The notes beneath the pieces are model-generated. The model searched no databases, had not been told where the DNA came from, and saw nothing but the letters and a program-made list of their open reading frames with translations. Of a stretch of 64,000 nt of DNA, positions 1 through 9,548 are shown piece after piece. Source of the DNA: Alphaproteobacteria bacterium (GTDB taxonomy: Bacteria; Pseudomonadota; Alphaproteobacteria; UBA828). Position 1 is the stretch's first letter. The number at the start of each line of letters is the position of its first letter. A program made the translations under genes and the position numbers. The stretch is taken from contig CAXXMU010000006.1 in the NCBI GenBank assembly GCA_963667785.2, positions 480,001-544,000 of the forward strand, in the 5' to 3' direction.

Positions 1-667
1 CGCCGACGATCAGCGTCGGCAGGGCGATGCGGGGGATCAGGTCGCGCCAGTCCTGCATGGCGTGGTTGAGGAGGAGCGAGGCCGCGTGGCGGCGCGGCAT
101 CATCAGGTTTCGCTCGATCACCCAGGCCACCCGCTCGGCCGGAAAGCCGTCGGTGAACATGGAGCCGACGAAGCCCTTCGTCGTCTCCACCCCGTCCGGC
201 CCGGCGAGCGCGGCGATGGTCTCGTAGAGGCCCGCGCCATCGAAGATCGCGCCAGCGTCCTGCCTCTCCTGTTCGGACCATTCGCTCCGCGCGGCGACAC
301 ACGGCATCTGGTCGACGAGGACGAGGCGCTCCAGCCCCTCCTCGCCGAAGAGGTCGAGGTAGCACCAGATCACCGAGCACCCCATGGAGTGGCCGAGCAG
401 GCTCGCCCGCTCCAGCCCGAGCGCCTCGATCGCGTTGCGCACGTCCATGGCGAGGCGCTGGATCCTGTAGCCGTGCTCCGGCTTGTCGGACTCGCCATGC
501 CCCCGCATGTCGATGGCGATGACCCGACGCCCGGCCGAGAGCGCTTCCGTCTGGGCCTCGAACTGCGCGGCCGACTGCGACCAGCCGGGGATCATGACGA
601 GCGGAGCGCCGCTGCCCCGCTCGACATAGTGGAGGCGGACTCCGTCGTTGGTGACGATGTGCGGCAT
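1..667 (-). CDS. alpha/beta hydrolase (non-heme haloperoxidase/esterase-like), 3' end outside window
   Basis: Translated by hand: MPHIVTNDGVRLHYVERGSGAPLVMIPGWSQS...IDMRGHGES...LLGHSMG. Has a GxSxG nucleophile elbow. Absent from the ORF track because it has no stop in the window. Confidence 0.85.
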   Translation of the reverse strand, partial: MPHIVTNDGVRLHYVERGSGAPLVMIPGWSQSAAQFEAQTEALSAGRRVIAIDMRGHGESDKPEHGYRIQRLAMDVRNAIEALGLERASLLGHSMGCSVIWCYLDLFGEEGLERLVLVDQMPCVAARSEWSEQERQDAGAIFDGAGLYETIAALAGPDGVETTKGFVGSMFTDGFPAERVAWVIERNLMMPRRHAASLLLNHAMQDWRDLIPRIALPTLIVG

Positions 668-701
668 GCTCTTCTCCCTCTCCGCGTCGCCGCCGCGCCC
701 C

Positions 702-1907
702 TCAGGCGGCCCGCCCCGCCGATGCGCCGAGCCGCTCGCGGCGAGGCAGGCAGGCGTAGGACGCCGCGCCCGCGAAGCCGAGGACGGTCATCAGGACGAC
801 GACGCTGCCGTAGTGCTGGTCCGTGTCGTAGATCGCGCCGGCGCTGAACGGGCCGAGCAGGCCGCCGAGGCCATAGGCCAGCGCAATGCGGCCGAAGACC
901 CGCGGCAGCGCGGCGGCGCCGTAGTACCCGGCGATGGTCACGGGATGCGCGCTCGCGAGCACACCGAAGGCCATGCCGACCGCGCCGATGGCAACGAGCC
1001 CCATGATGACGCCGGGGGCGAGGAAGAGCGCCAGCAGGAACACCCCCATCGCGAGCCCGACGCCCGCGAGCACACGCCGGCCGGTCAGCGCATCGGTGAG
1101 CGGGCCGCCGATCAGCGCGCCGGCCACGTAGCCGGCGCTGGAAAGCATCGGCGCGAACTGGGTCTGGCCCGCAGACGCGCCCCAGGAGGCCATCATCGTC
1201 GCCGCATGGCCGATGACGGCGAGCCCGGTGAAGGCGATGCAGAGGAAGCCGAGGAAGATCGCGATCACCACCCGGGGCCGGTCGGTCAGGACGTCCTCGA
1301 AGAGCCCGGTCGTGCCGGTGGCGGGCGGCTTCCTGCCGGAGAGCGCGATGAGCGCAGCGCTGACCGCGACGGCGGCGAGGACGATTGCGGCCGACATGCC
1401 GAAGGCCGTCGCCGGCCCCACCGCATCGATCGCGGCGGCCAGGCCCGGCGCCCAGGCGATGCCGCCGATGGCGACGGCCGACATGTTGATGCTCATGGCG
1501 ATGCTGGGCCTTACCGGCCCGTCGATGCTGGCCGCCGTCATCGCGACGAAATAGAGGACGCCGATGGCGAACCCGTAGAAGATGCCGTAGCCGACATAGA
1601 GCCCGGCGATCGACTGGCCGAAGCCGGCGAGCACGAGACCGCCTGCCGTCACCGCACCCATGATCAGGGTGAGCCGCGGGAGCGTGAACCAGTGCAGCAG
1701 CCGGTACATCACGTACGTGCCGATCGTCGCGACAAACAGGCAGAGCGACTGCGCCCCGCTCACCGTCGCCCGGCCGGTATCGAGCGCGGCTTCCAGCGGT
1801 TCGACGAAGACGCTCCAGGCGTAGAGATTCCCGATCGCGAGATTGATCAGGACCCCTGCCGCGAGCGGGAAGTAAGGGCGCAGCGCCGCCCTCGGCCGCG
1901 ATTCCAT
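702..1907 (-). CDS. MFS transporter (OFA/MCT-like)
   Basis: About 12 hydrophobic segments; GNLYAWSVFVEPLE and GPLTDALTGRR motifs. Start may extend to 1949. Confidence 0.85.
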   Translation of the reverse strand: MESRPRAALRPYFPLAAGVLINLAIGNLYAWSVFVEPLEAALDTGRATVSGAQSLCLFVATIGTYVMYRLLHWFTLPRLTLIMGAVTAGGLVLAGFGQSIAGLYVGYGIFYGFAIGVLYFVAMTAASIDGPVRPSIAMSINMSAVAIGGIAWAPGLAAAIDAVGPATAFGMSAAIVLAAVAVSAALIALSGRKPPATGTTGLFEDVLTDRPRVVIAIFLGFLCIAFTGLAVIGHAATMMASWGASAGQTQFAPMLSSAGYVAGALIGGPLTDALTGRRVLAGVGLAMGVFLLALFLAPGVIMGLVAIGAVGMAFGVLASAHPVTIAGYYGAAALPRVFGRIALAYGLGGLLGPFSAGAIYDTDQHYGSVVVLMTVLGFAGAASYACLPRRERLGASAGRAA

Positions 1908-2044
1908 CGGGACTCCACGGTTGGCGGCGCCATGGTGGCCCATTCGCATGGGCTGGGCCAGCCTGCAGCGGCGCCGCGGCGAGGAAGAGCGCGCGCGGGC
2001 GCAGACGAGGGCTCCGGCCCGCCATGGCCCGGCCTCCGCTCCCC

Positions 2045-4369
2045 TCAGAGGCGCGAAGCGCGCAGGCGGAGCGCGTTGCCGATGACGGAGACCGAGGAGA
2101 GGCTCATGACGGCGGCGGCGATCATCGGCGACAGCAGGATCCCGAACGGAGGGAACAGCACGCCGGCGGCGATGGGGATGGCGGCCGCGTTGTAGACGAA
2201 GGCGAGAAAGAGGTTCTGGCGCACGTTGCCCATGGTCGCCTGCGCCAGCCTGCGTGCGCGCAGGATGCCGCCGAGGTCGCCCCGGACCAGCGTGATGCCC
2301 GCGCTCTCCAGGGCGATGTCCGCGCCGCCGCCGATAGCGATGCCGACATCGGCGAGCGCCAGCGCCGGCGCGTCGTTCACCCCGTCGCCCGCCATGGCGA
2401 CCGTCAGGCCCTGTCGGCGGAACCGCTCGACGAGCGCGCCTTTCTCCTCCGGCCCGAGCCGGGCGTGTACCTCGTCGATGCCGAGCGCCTCCGCCACCGT
2501 CCGCGCCGCGGCCTCGCTGTCGCCGGTCGCCATGACGACGCGCAGGCCCCGTGCCCGCAGGGCGCGCATGGCGGCAGGCGCGGTCTCCCTCACCGCGTCG
2601 GCGACCCCGATCACGCCCCGGACGTTGCCGTCCACCGCGACGAACACCGCCGTCCTGCCGGCTGCCGCGAGCACCTCGGCGTGCGCCGTGTGATCGCCAG
2701 GCGCGATGCCGAGGGCCTGCATCATGGCGTCGTTGCCGAGGGCGACCGCGTGACCGGCCACCCGGCCCTGCACGCCCCGACCGGCGACGGTCTCCACCTC
2801 GCCTGCCGCGAGGTAGGGAGTGCCCGCCGCTTCCGCCGCAGCCACGACCGCATCCGCGAGCGGGTGCTGCGCACCCCGCTCGAGCGCCGCGGCGAGCGCG
2901 AGCAGGCGTAGCCGGTCGTCTTCGTCGCTGCCTGCGCCGACGAGGTCGGTCACAGCCGGCCGGCCCTCGGTCAGCGTGCCGGTCTTGTCGACCACCAGCA
3001 GGTCCGCCCCGGCGAGGCGCTCCAGCGCCTCGGCGTCCCGCACCAGCACGCCGGCCCGGGCGCCGCGCCCGGCCGCCACCATGATCGACATCGGCGTCGC
3101 CAGTCCGAGCGCGCAGGGGCAGGCGATAATCAGCACGCTCACCGCCGCGCTCAGCGCGAGCGCCAGCGCGGGCGACGGACCGGCTACCGCCCAGCCGATC
3201 GCCGCCAGCGCCGCGATCGCGACCACCGCCGGCACGAAGACGCGGGCGACGCGGTCGGCCAGCGCCTGCACCGGCGCGCGGCTGCGCTGGGCCCGCGCCA
3301 CCAGGGCGACGATGCGGGCGAGCGTGGTCTCGGGCCCGACCCTCTCCGCCCGCATGACGAGGGCGCCCGCGCCATTGAGCGTGCCGCCGGTGAGCGCATC
3401 GCCCGGCCCCTTCTCCAGCGGCAGGGGCTCGCCCGTGATCATGCTCTCGTCGACGGCGGAGCGGCCCTCGGTCACCACGCCGTCCACCGGCACACTCTCG
3501 CCGGGGCGCACGCGGAGCCGATCACCGGCACGGACCGCATCGAGCGGCACGTCGGCCTCGCCGCCCTCCTCCAGCCGCCGCGCCGTCCGGGGCGCGAGCC
3601 CCATGAGCGCGCGGATCGCGTCGCCGGTGCGCTCGCGGGCGGCGCTCTCCATGACCTGCCCGGCCAGCACGAGCACGAGGATCACCGCCGCCGCCTCGAA
3701 ATAGGCCGGCGGCTGCCCGCTCGCGGCGAGCACCGCCGCGGGGAAGGCGCCCGGCGCCAGCAGCCCGGCGATGCTGAAGAGCCAGGCGGCGCCGGTGCCG
3801 AGCGCGATCAGCGTCCACATGTTGGGCGAGCGGTTCCGCACCGATGCAAGCCCGCGCAGGAAGAACGCGCGCGCGATCCACAGCACCGGCGTCGCCAGCA
3901 GGCACTGCAGGGCGATGAAGGGGCGCGGCCCGAGCCAGGTATCGAAGGGAATGCCCGCGTGGCTGCCCATCTCCAGCGCGAACACCGCGGCGGCGAAGGG
4001 CGCCGCCAGCCACAGCCGGCGACGGAGGTCGACCAGCTCGGGGCTCGGCCCGGCGTCGGCCGCGGGCGTCATGGGCTCGAGCGCCATGCCGCACTTGGGG
4101 CAGTCCCCCGGCACCGATTGCACCACCTCGGGGTCCATCGGGCAGGTGTAGAGGCCGCCCTCGGGCGCGGGCGCCGCGTCGGCACGCGGGCCGGCGCGCC
4201 CGTTCAGGAAGTCCGCCGGCGCCGCGGCGAAGCGCTCCCGGCACCGGGCCGAGCAGAAGTAGTAGGTCCGCCGCCGGTGCCGGGCCGTGTGCCTGGCGCC
4301 GGCCTGCTCCACCGTCATGCCGCAGACGGGATCGCGCGCCATCTCCCCGGCGGATGCATCCTGTGTCAC
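2045..4369 (-). CDS. copA: Cu(I)-translocating P1B-type ATPase with N-terminal YHS and heavy-metal-binding domains
   Basis: DPVCGM/YYFCS (YHS), [41 protein letters not shown] and MSLSS motifs. GTG start at 4369; the ORF-track TTG at 4432 lies in the promoter -35. Confidence 0.93.
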   Translation of the reverse strand: MTQDASAGEMARDPVCGMTVEQAGARHTARHRRRTYYFCSARCRERFAAAPADFLNGRAGPRADAAPAPEGGLYTCPMDPEVVQSVPGDCPKCGMALEPMTPAADAGPSPELVDLRRRLWLAAPFAAAVFALEMGSHAGIPFDTWLGPRPFIALQCLLATPVLWIARAFFLRGLASVRNRSPNMWTLIALGTGAAWLFSIAGLLAPGAFPAAVLAASGQPPAYFEAAAVILVLVLAGQVMESAARERTGDAIRALMGLAPRTARRLEEGGEADVPLDAVRAGDRLRVRPGESVPVDGVVTEGRSAVDESMITGEPLPLEKGPGDALTGGTLNGAGALVMRAERVGPETTLARIVALVARAQRSRAPVQALADRVARVFVPAVVAIAALAAIGWAVAGPSPALALALSAAVSVLIIACPCALGLATPMSIMVAAGRGARAGVLVRDAEALERLAGADLLVVDKTGTLTEGRPAVTDLVGAGSDEDDRLRLLALAAALERGAQHPLADAVVAAAEAAGTPYLAAGEVETVAGRGVQGRVAGHAVALGNDAMMQALGIAPGDHTAHAEVLAAAGRTAVFVAVDGNVRGVIGVADAVRETAPAAMRALRARGLRVVMATGDSEAAARTVAEALGIDEVHARLGPEEKGALVERFRRQGLTVAMAGDGVNDAPALALADVGIAIGGGADIALESAGITLVRGDLGGILRARRLAQATMGNVRQNLFLAFVYNAAAIPIAAGVLFPPFGILLSPMIAAAVMSLSSVSVIGNALRLRASRL

Positions 4370-4401
4370 CGCTTGCCCCTCTCGAACCTTCTCCCGGGAG
4401 C

Positions 4402-4432
4402 AAGGTAGGAATTCCAGCGACGGGAAGGTCAA
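4402..4432 (-). promoter_or_regulatory. CueR-type promoter for copA
   Basis: Minus strand TTGACC-N19-TACCTT, with the dyad ACCTTCC-N7-GGAATT in the MerR-type 19-bp spacer. Confidence 0.85.
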
Positions 4433-4471
4433 GAGGCCGGAGACCCCGGCTGATCTGACGCGCGCCGGTCC

Positions 4472-4502
4472 TTGACCTTCCTGTTGCTAGAACCCTTATG
4501 GT
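4472..4502 (+). promoter_or_regulatory. CueR-type promoter for cueR-cytochrome c(-sodC)
   Basis: TTGACC-N19-TATGGT with a degenerate ACCTTCC...AGAACC box. Confidence 0.75.
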
Positions 4503-4520
4503 TACGGAGCGGAGGTGGCC

Positions 4521-4922
4521 ATGAAGATCGGCGATGTTGCGCAGGCAAGCGGCCTGACCGCGAAGACGATCCGCTACTACGAGGACATCGGCCTGATCCG
4601 GCCGGCCCGGGGCGAAAACGACTATCGCGCGTTCGCAGACGCCGACGTGCACAAGCTCGCCTTCATCGCCCGCGCTCGCTCGCTCGGGTTCTCGATCGAG
4701 GAATGCCGCACGCTTCTCTCGCTCTACGAGGACCACAGCCGCGCCAGCGCCGACGTCAAGGCGGTGGCAGACGCGCACCTGCGCCGGATCGACCGCAAGA
4801 TCGCCGAGCTGGAGGGCCTGCGCGACACGCTGGGGCGCCTGGTGGCGCGCTGCCACGGCGACGAGCGGCCGGACTGCCCGATCCTCGACGACCTCGCGGG
4901 CCCGCACGCCGAAGACGACTGA
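4521..4922 (+). CDS. cueR: Cu(I)-responsive MerR-family regulator
   Basis: MKIGDVAQASGLTAKTIRYYE HTH; CHGDERPDCPIL metal loop; GGAGG SD. Confidence 0.95.
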   Translation: MKIGDVAQASGLTAKTIRYYEDIGLIRPARGENDYRAFADADVHKLAFIARARSLGFSIEECRTLLSLYEDHSRASADVKAVADAHLRRIDRKIAELEGLRDTLGRLVARCHGDERPDCPILDDLAGPHAEDD

Positions 4923-5347
4923 TGCCGAAGAAGCTGACGGACAGGCTCTACCTGGTGGTGATCGCCGCCGCCGTGGTGGTGGGCGTGGTCGGCTGGATGC
5001 AGTGGTTCGACGACGACCACGCGCACTCCGACGGCGCCGCCGCCACCCTGACGGTTCCGGCGCTCTCGGCGGACGCGGCGGCGGGCCAGGCGCTGTTCGA
5101 GGAGAACTGCATCGCCTGTCATGGCAAGCACGCCACCGGCTCGGAGCAGGGGCCGCCGCTGGTCCACAGGATCTACGAGCCCAATCACCACGGCGACGTC
5201 TCCTTCCTGCGCGCCGTGCTGAACGGCGTTCGCGCCCATCACTGGCCCTTCGGCGACATGGCGCCGGTGGAAGGCGTCTCGCAGGAGGACGTGGCGAAGA
5301 TCACGCGCTATGTGCGGGAGCTTCAGCGGGCCAATGGCATAGAATGA
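4922..5347 (+). CDS. membrane-anchored c-type cytochrome
   Basis: MPKKLTDRL start overlaps the cueR stop; N-terminal TM segment; CIACH heme motif; His-rich HHGD/AHHW. Confidence 0.85.
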   Translation: MPKKLTDRLYLVVIAAAVVVGVVGWMQWFDDDHAHSDGAAATLTVPALSADAAAGQALFEENCIACHGKHATGSEQGPPLVHRIYEPNHHGDVSFLRAVLNGVRAHHWPFGDMAPVEGVSQEDVAKITRYVRELQRANGIE

Positions 5348-5413
5348 GCGGCCGCCCCGCCCGGCACGTGCCGGATCGCGGCGGCACCTGACGGTGAATG
5401 GGGAGACAGAGCG

Positions 5414-6037
5414 ATGATGAGACGCATCGGCGTCACCATGCTCGCGGCCGGCTTCGTGCTCGTCGCGGCGACCCAGACAGCGGGCGCGGCCGACCAGGCG
5501 AGCGCTGAGATGATGAACGCAAACGGCGAGTCCGTCGGCACCGTCGCGCTGCGCGCGACGCCGCAGGGCACGCTGCTGCACGCGACGCTGCAGAACCTGC
5601 CGGCGGGCGCCCACGCCTTCCACATCCATGCCGTGGGTGTCTGCGAGCCGCCGTTCAAGTCGGCGGGCGGCCACTACAACCCGACGGGCGCGAAGCACGG
5701 GATCGAGAGCGCCGAGGGCATGCATGCGGGCGACATGCCCAACATCCACGTGCCGGCCTCGGGCGCGCTGGAGATCGAGGTGCTGAACACGCTGGTGAGC
5801 CTCGATGCCGCGCTCTTCGACGAGGACGGCGCGGCGATCGTGATCCACGAAGGGCCGGACGACTACGTGTCCGATCCGGCGGGCGCGGCGGGCCCCCGCA
5901 TCGCCTGCGGCGTGATCCTCAATGTAGGCGCGCAAAAGTCGGGCGGAATCGGCGCAAATGTCGCTGGGAATCGGCTGGAAAATCGGTCCGGAATCGGGGC
6001 TGAAACGGCCGGGAAATGGGGCGTGCGGTCACCCTAG
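5414..6037 (+). CDS. sodC: periplasmic Cu/Zn superoxide dismutase, C-terminus extended by prophage insertion
   Basis: Signal peptide; HAFHIH, GGHYNP, HAGDMPN, VIHEGPDD and GPRIACGVI motifs. The native end ...GVILK* can be rebuilt from 44785-44793. Confidence 0.92.
   Translation: MMRRIGVTMLAAGFVLVAATQTAGAADQASAEMMNANGESVGTVALRATPQGTLLHATLQNLPAGAHAFHIHAVGVCEPPFKSAGGHYNPTGAKHGIESAEGMHAGDMPNIHVPASGALEIEVLNTLVSLDAALFDEDGAAIVIHEGPDDYVSDPAGAAGPRIACGVILNVGAQKSGGIGANVAGNRLENRSGIGAETAGKWGVRSP
5923..5997 (+). repeat. left prophage end: TG plus three GGAATCG repeats (putative transposase sites)
   Basis: GAATC cores at 5946, 5968 and 5991, spaced 22-23 bp. Confidence 0.8.
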
Positions 6038-7227
6038 AACAGGGGTATCAGCCGCACCCGGCCTGTCGTGCCCGGTGTGCCGTCGGAGCCGGCGGTCTGA
6101 TCCTGACCTCCCGGCGCGGCGGCGCCGCCGTCGCCCGCGTCGCCGCCGGCACCGACCGTGAGCGCAATCACGGTCCCTTTCTGCACGTTGTCCAGCCACC
6201 GAATGACGATATGGCCATCTCCTCCATCGCCTCCCGCATAAGCCGGAGTTTGCGGTTCGCCATTCGGCGCACCGGCACTGTTGGACGCACCCGCGGCGCC
6301 ACCGTCACCACCCGACCGCTCGGCATCGCCGCCATCACCGTCGGCGCTGGGGCCAACGCTGGAACGTGGATCGCCGAAGTACCGCCCGCCGTCTCCGCCT
6401 CCGCCGGGGTCGCCTCCCTGAGCGGTGGAGGTCGTCCCGGCATGAGTCACCGAGCTCGAGCCGCCCGCGCTGCCGTCAGTTCCGTCCACCCCGCCGTGGC
6501 TCCCCGTTCCGCCGCCACCGCCGCCACCGCCGCCGCCGCCGCCGCCTTCAATGATCGCCAGCCCCTTCGACGTGTTCCACTCCCACGTGTAGTTGTGGGC
6601 GCCAGCGGTCGTGAACTCCCGACTGCTAGCGCCCCCGAAAAAATCCCGCAGGAGCGCTCCCGTCGCGCCGCCGATGGCCAGCCACTCCGATCCGGTCCAT
6701 TTGAGGATGACGGCCTCGTACTGCTCCTTGAGGCTGTAGGTGGCGGCCCCGTTCAGGGTGTCGTTGCCGTTCCCGTCGATCGTCACGGCGTTGGCCGAAT
6801 TGTCGCTCTTCAGCACCGTGACGGTGAAGCCGTCGTCGCCGGCGCCGAGGTCGGGGAGGGTGACAGTGCGGGCCCCCCCGCTGGCGTCCACCTCGATGGT
6901 CTTGCCGTCGTCGCCGGCGACGACCGCGTAGTTGGCGTTCTTGGCGTCCACCGCCGCCGTGACGCCGCCCTGGGCGGCGTCGGCCTTGGCGACGTACTTC
7001 GCGCGCAGCGCGTCCCTGACCTGGGTGAGCACCGCCTTGTCGGGCGTGAGCCCGGCGTCCTCGATGACGGCTTCGAGCTCCTTGAAGAGCTGATAGAAGG
7101 CGAAGGCGCCGATCACCGTCGCAGCGATGCCCTGCGGGACGTTGCCCTCCGTGGGGTTGCCCTCGCTCGCCGCGCTGTCGGCGGCGGGCGCGGCCTGTAC
7201 CGCGCCGGACTTGTAAGCCTGTTTCAT
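6034..7227 (-). CDS. tail fibre-like protein with Gly-rich C-terminus
   Basis: Mu S-like N-terminus (TEGN...ELEAVIEDAGLTPDKAVLTQVRDAL), a TVTLP/TVTVLKSD module and a GGGGG-rich tail. Confidence 0.75.
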   Translation of the reverse strand: MKQAYKSGAVQAAPAADSAASEGNPTEGNVPQGIAATVIGAFAFYQLFKELEAVIEDAGLTPDKAVLTQVRDALRAKYVAKADAAQGGVTAAVDAKNANYAVVAGDDGKTIEVDASGGARTVTLPDLGAGDDGFTVTVLKSDNSANAVTIDGNGNDTLNGAATYSLKEQYEAVILKWTGSEWLAIGGATGALLRDFFGGASSREFTTAGAHNYTWEWNTSKGLAIIEGGGGGGGGGGGGGTGSHGGVDGTDGSAGGSSSVTHAGTTSTAQGGDPGGGGDGGRYFGDPRSSVGPSADGDGGDAERSGGDGGAAGASNSAGAPNGEPQTPAYAGGDGGDGHIVIRWLDNVQKGTVIALTVGAGGDAGDGGAAAPGGQDQTAGSDGTPGTTGRVRLIPLF

Positions 7228-7241
7228 CGGTGGGTAACTCC

Positions 7242-7427
7242 CTACTCTTCCGCCCCGGCCTGGCACCCGGTCCCGGCGCTGCACTCGCAGAGCTGCACCT
7301 CGATCCACCGGCCGCCGTGCGAGACCTCGTACTTGATCTCCTCGGCGAGGGCCTCCTCCGGCTTCATGCCGGCCTCGATCGCCGCTGCGACGGCCGGGAC
7401 CTTGAGCTTGCAGTGACCCTTTCCCAT
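7242..7427 (-). CDS. small hypothetical protein in the fibre region
   Basis: Fills the gap between two co-oriented genes, starting 1 nt after the upstream stop. Confidence 0.5.
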   Translation of the reverse strand: MGKGHCKLKVPAVAAAIEAGMKPEEALAEEIKYEVSHGGRWIEVQLCECSAGTGCQAGAEE

Positions 7428-7428
7428 A

Positions 7429-8925
7429 TCAGTACCTCGCCAGGCTTCCGCCGTGGGCGATCACGATGGAATCGCCCGCCGGCAGCGTGATGGCCGCGCC
7501 GTCCGCCTGCGTCGCGACCTTGAGCTTCGCGTCATGGCCGGCGCCGGTCGACTCGTTGCGGAACACCAGCATCCCGACCGGCCTGTCGGCCGGGACGGAG
7601 AGGATTCGGTCCCCCGTCTTCGCCCCGGTGAGGCGCACGAGGTCGTAGCCGAGCTCCTCCGCCGTGAGCGCCAGCGCTCCGGAGCCGGCGATGTCCTTGT
7701 CGAGGCGCCCGGTATTGAGGGCCGCCTTGGCCTTGGCTCTCTTCGCCGCCGTGCTGGTCCAGGACGCGTCCGTGTCGTTCCCGGCCGCCGTCCACAGGTC
7801 TCCTTCGCTGCCCCGCCCCTTCCCGGCGACGGTTACGGCCCACGCCCGGATGGCCTGGCGCACCAGCTCGCCGCGATGGATGTCCGCGCCGTCGAGGCTG
7901 ATCGCGAAAGTGCTGTCGTTCGCCGGCTTCACGCCGTCGACGACGAGATAATCGAAGGTGTACTGGATCGCGTTGGCGAACGTCGACTTGCTGATGTTCC
8001 CGCTCGGCACCACGCGCCAGGTGCCGAGCTCCAGCCAGGTGGTCGTGTGGATCACGCGGTCGATGTCGGCGATGTCGGCATCCGCGCCGGTCTTCGGCAG
8101 CCGGATGAAGAGACCGCCCGTGCCGGAGCCGTTGTCCTGCACCTGGTAGGTTCCCGAGGCGCTCAGCTTTATCGTGAAGGTGCCATCCAGCGTCACGCTC
8201 TCGTTGATACCCTGGATCTCGTGGCGCGTCGCGTCGGTGGCGTTCGAGCCATCGGCGCGCAACCATGGCGGGTCGCTGATCGCCCCGTAGGGGAGGTCCA
8301 GGTCGAGATCGGACGGCTCTTCGGCAGACAGGCGCCAGACGTAGCCGTTGGCACCCTGCGGAAGGGTGGCCAGGTTCCCCTCGATCGCCACGGTGATAGC
8401 TATGTACCAGTAGGCGCCGATCCCCGCGCCCACCTTGGTGGCGACGCCCGTGACCGTGAACTTCGGATAGTTCGCCGCGTCCGGCGGCGAGGCGCTGTGG
8501 GCGTTCAGGATTCCCGCCATGTCGTCTGCGGTGACGGTGTGGGTCGGCAGCGGGGGCCAGTCGGTGTTCCCCGGAATCTTCGCCCACATGGTCTCCGAGA
8601 CGATCAGCGTCCGGTCGCCGGCCTGGATCGAGCGGACGCTGTCGTAGATCTCGGCCTGCGTCGGTGCCGCGCTGCCGTCGCCGGATGCTATCGCCCAGGC
8701 GTACCGCTTGTCCGTCTGCCCCGCCTGCAGCAGCAGCTCGTTGTAGGCCGAGGCGTAGAAATCGCCCTCGTGGCCCTCCAGGTCGGTGCGCTTCACCAGC
8801 GCGGCGTACATGTCCGCCACCGTGCGCGTCACCGGCGGCGAGGCGGACGGCGACGGCGGGAAGACCGCGACCAGGTCGGTGAACGCGGGCGGCCCGGGCG
8901 TCGGGTGCTGGGTGACTGCCGTCAT
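7429..8925 (-). CDS. putative tail/receptor-binding structural protein
   Basis: 498-aa protein rich in T/G/A and aromatics, directly after gpI in the position of P2 gpH. Confidence 0.6.
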   Translation of the reverse strand: MTAVTQHPTPGPPAFTDLVAVFPPSPSASPPVTRTVADMYAALVKRTDLEGHEGDFYASAYNELLLQAGQTDKRYAWAIASGDGSAAPTQAEIYDSVRSIQAGDRTLIVSETMWAKIPGNTDWPPLPTHTVTADDMAGILNAHSASPPDAANYPKFTVTGVATKVGAGIGAYWYIAITVAIEGNLATLPQGANGYVWRLSAEEPSDLDLDLPYGAISDPPWLRADGSNATDATRHEIQGINESVTLDGTFTIKLSASGTYQVQDNGSGTGGLFIRLPKTGADADIADIDRVIHTTTWLELGTWRVVPSGNISKSTFANAIQYTFDYLVVDGVKPANDSTFAISLDGADIHRGELVRQAIRAWAVTVAGKGRGSEGDLWTAAGNDTDASWTSTAAKRAKAKAALNTGRLDKDIAGSGALALTAEELGYDLVRLTGAKTGDRILSVPADRPVGMLVFRNESTGAGHDAKLKVATQADGAAITLPAGDSIVIAHGGSLARY

Positions 8926-8936
8926 CGATCAGCTCC

Positions 8937-9548
8937 TCACGGCGCCTGGAGCCACGTCAACTCCTCCCCCCGCCAGGTGAGGGGCTGGCCCAGCCAGGTC
9001 AGCACCTCGTCGTAGGGGGCGTTGACCGTGAGCGTCGCGGGCGCCGGCGCGGGCAGCGCCGCGCCGATCCCGCCGGCGACGAGAATATCGAGGGAGGCGC
9101 CGTCATCGGTCGAGAGCTGGATGTGCACGCTGGCGCGCTTCACCCGGTTGATGGCCGCGATCAGCCGGGTCTGGCCGTCGAGGGCGATGCTGCCGAGGTT
9201 GTGGACGTGGACGGCGACGACGAAGCGGGCGCCGCCGGGCCGCTCGGTGATCTCGTAGTCGGCGCCGACCAGGTCGAGCGCCAGCTCGAGCCCCGCCGGC
9301 GTGCCCTTGAGCCGGTGCTGGTCGATGGCGGCCGCGATGGCGCGGCGCTTGGCGTCGTCCTCCCAATTCGCGTCCCACAGGTCTACGGAGAGCGCCCATG
9401 CCAGCACCGCCAGCCAGGCATCCGGTATCCGCTCCGCGTCCCAGGCCGTGACGGGGAGGTGGGCGGGCAGCGCGGCCGTGCGCGCCGCAGCGGTCTCGTC
9501 CAGGCCGCGCTCGACCGCGCTCGCCGTCCTGGGCGCGATCCCGGTCAT
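8937..9548 (-). CDS. P2 gpI-like baseplate/tail protein
   Basis: WLAVLAWALSVDLWDANW...HRLKGT motif; ATG at 9548. Confidence 0.88.
   Translation of the reverse strand: MTGIAPRTASAVERGLDETAAARTAALPAHLPVTAWDAERIPDAWLAVLAWALSVDLWDANWEDDAKRRAIAAAIDQHRLKGTPAGLELALDLVGADYEITERPGGARFVVAVHVHNLGSIALDGQTRLIAAINRVKRASVHIQLSTDDGASLDILVAGGIGAALPAPAPATLTVNAPYDEVLTWLGQPLTWRGEELTWLQAP

Noticed and set aside
6505-6548. (GCC)n microsatellite as a contingency locus
   Set aside because: It is a triplet repeat encoding poly-Gly in a Gly-rich fibre domain, so slippage would not shift the frame.
6034-8925. Diversity-generating retroelement or invertible fibre cassette
   Set aside because: No reverse transcriptase, TR/VR pair, invertase or flanking inverted sites were seen.
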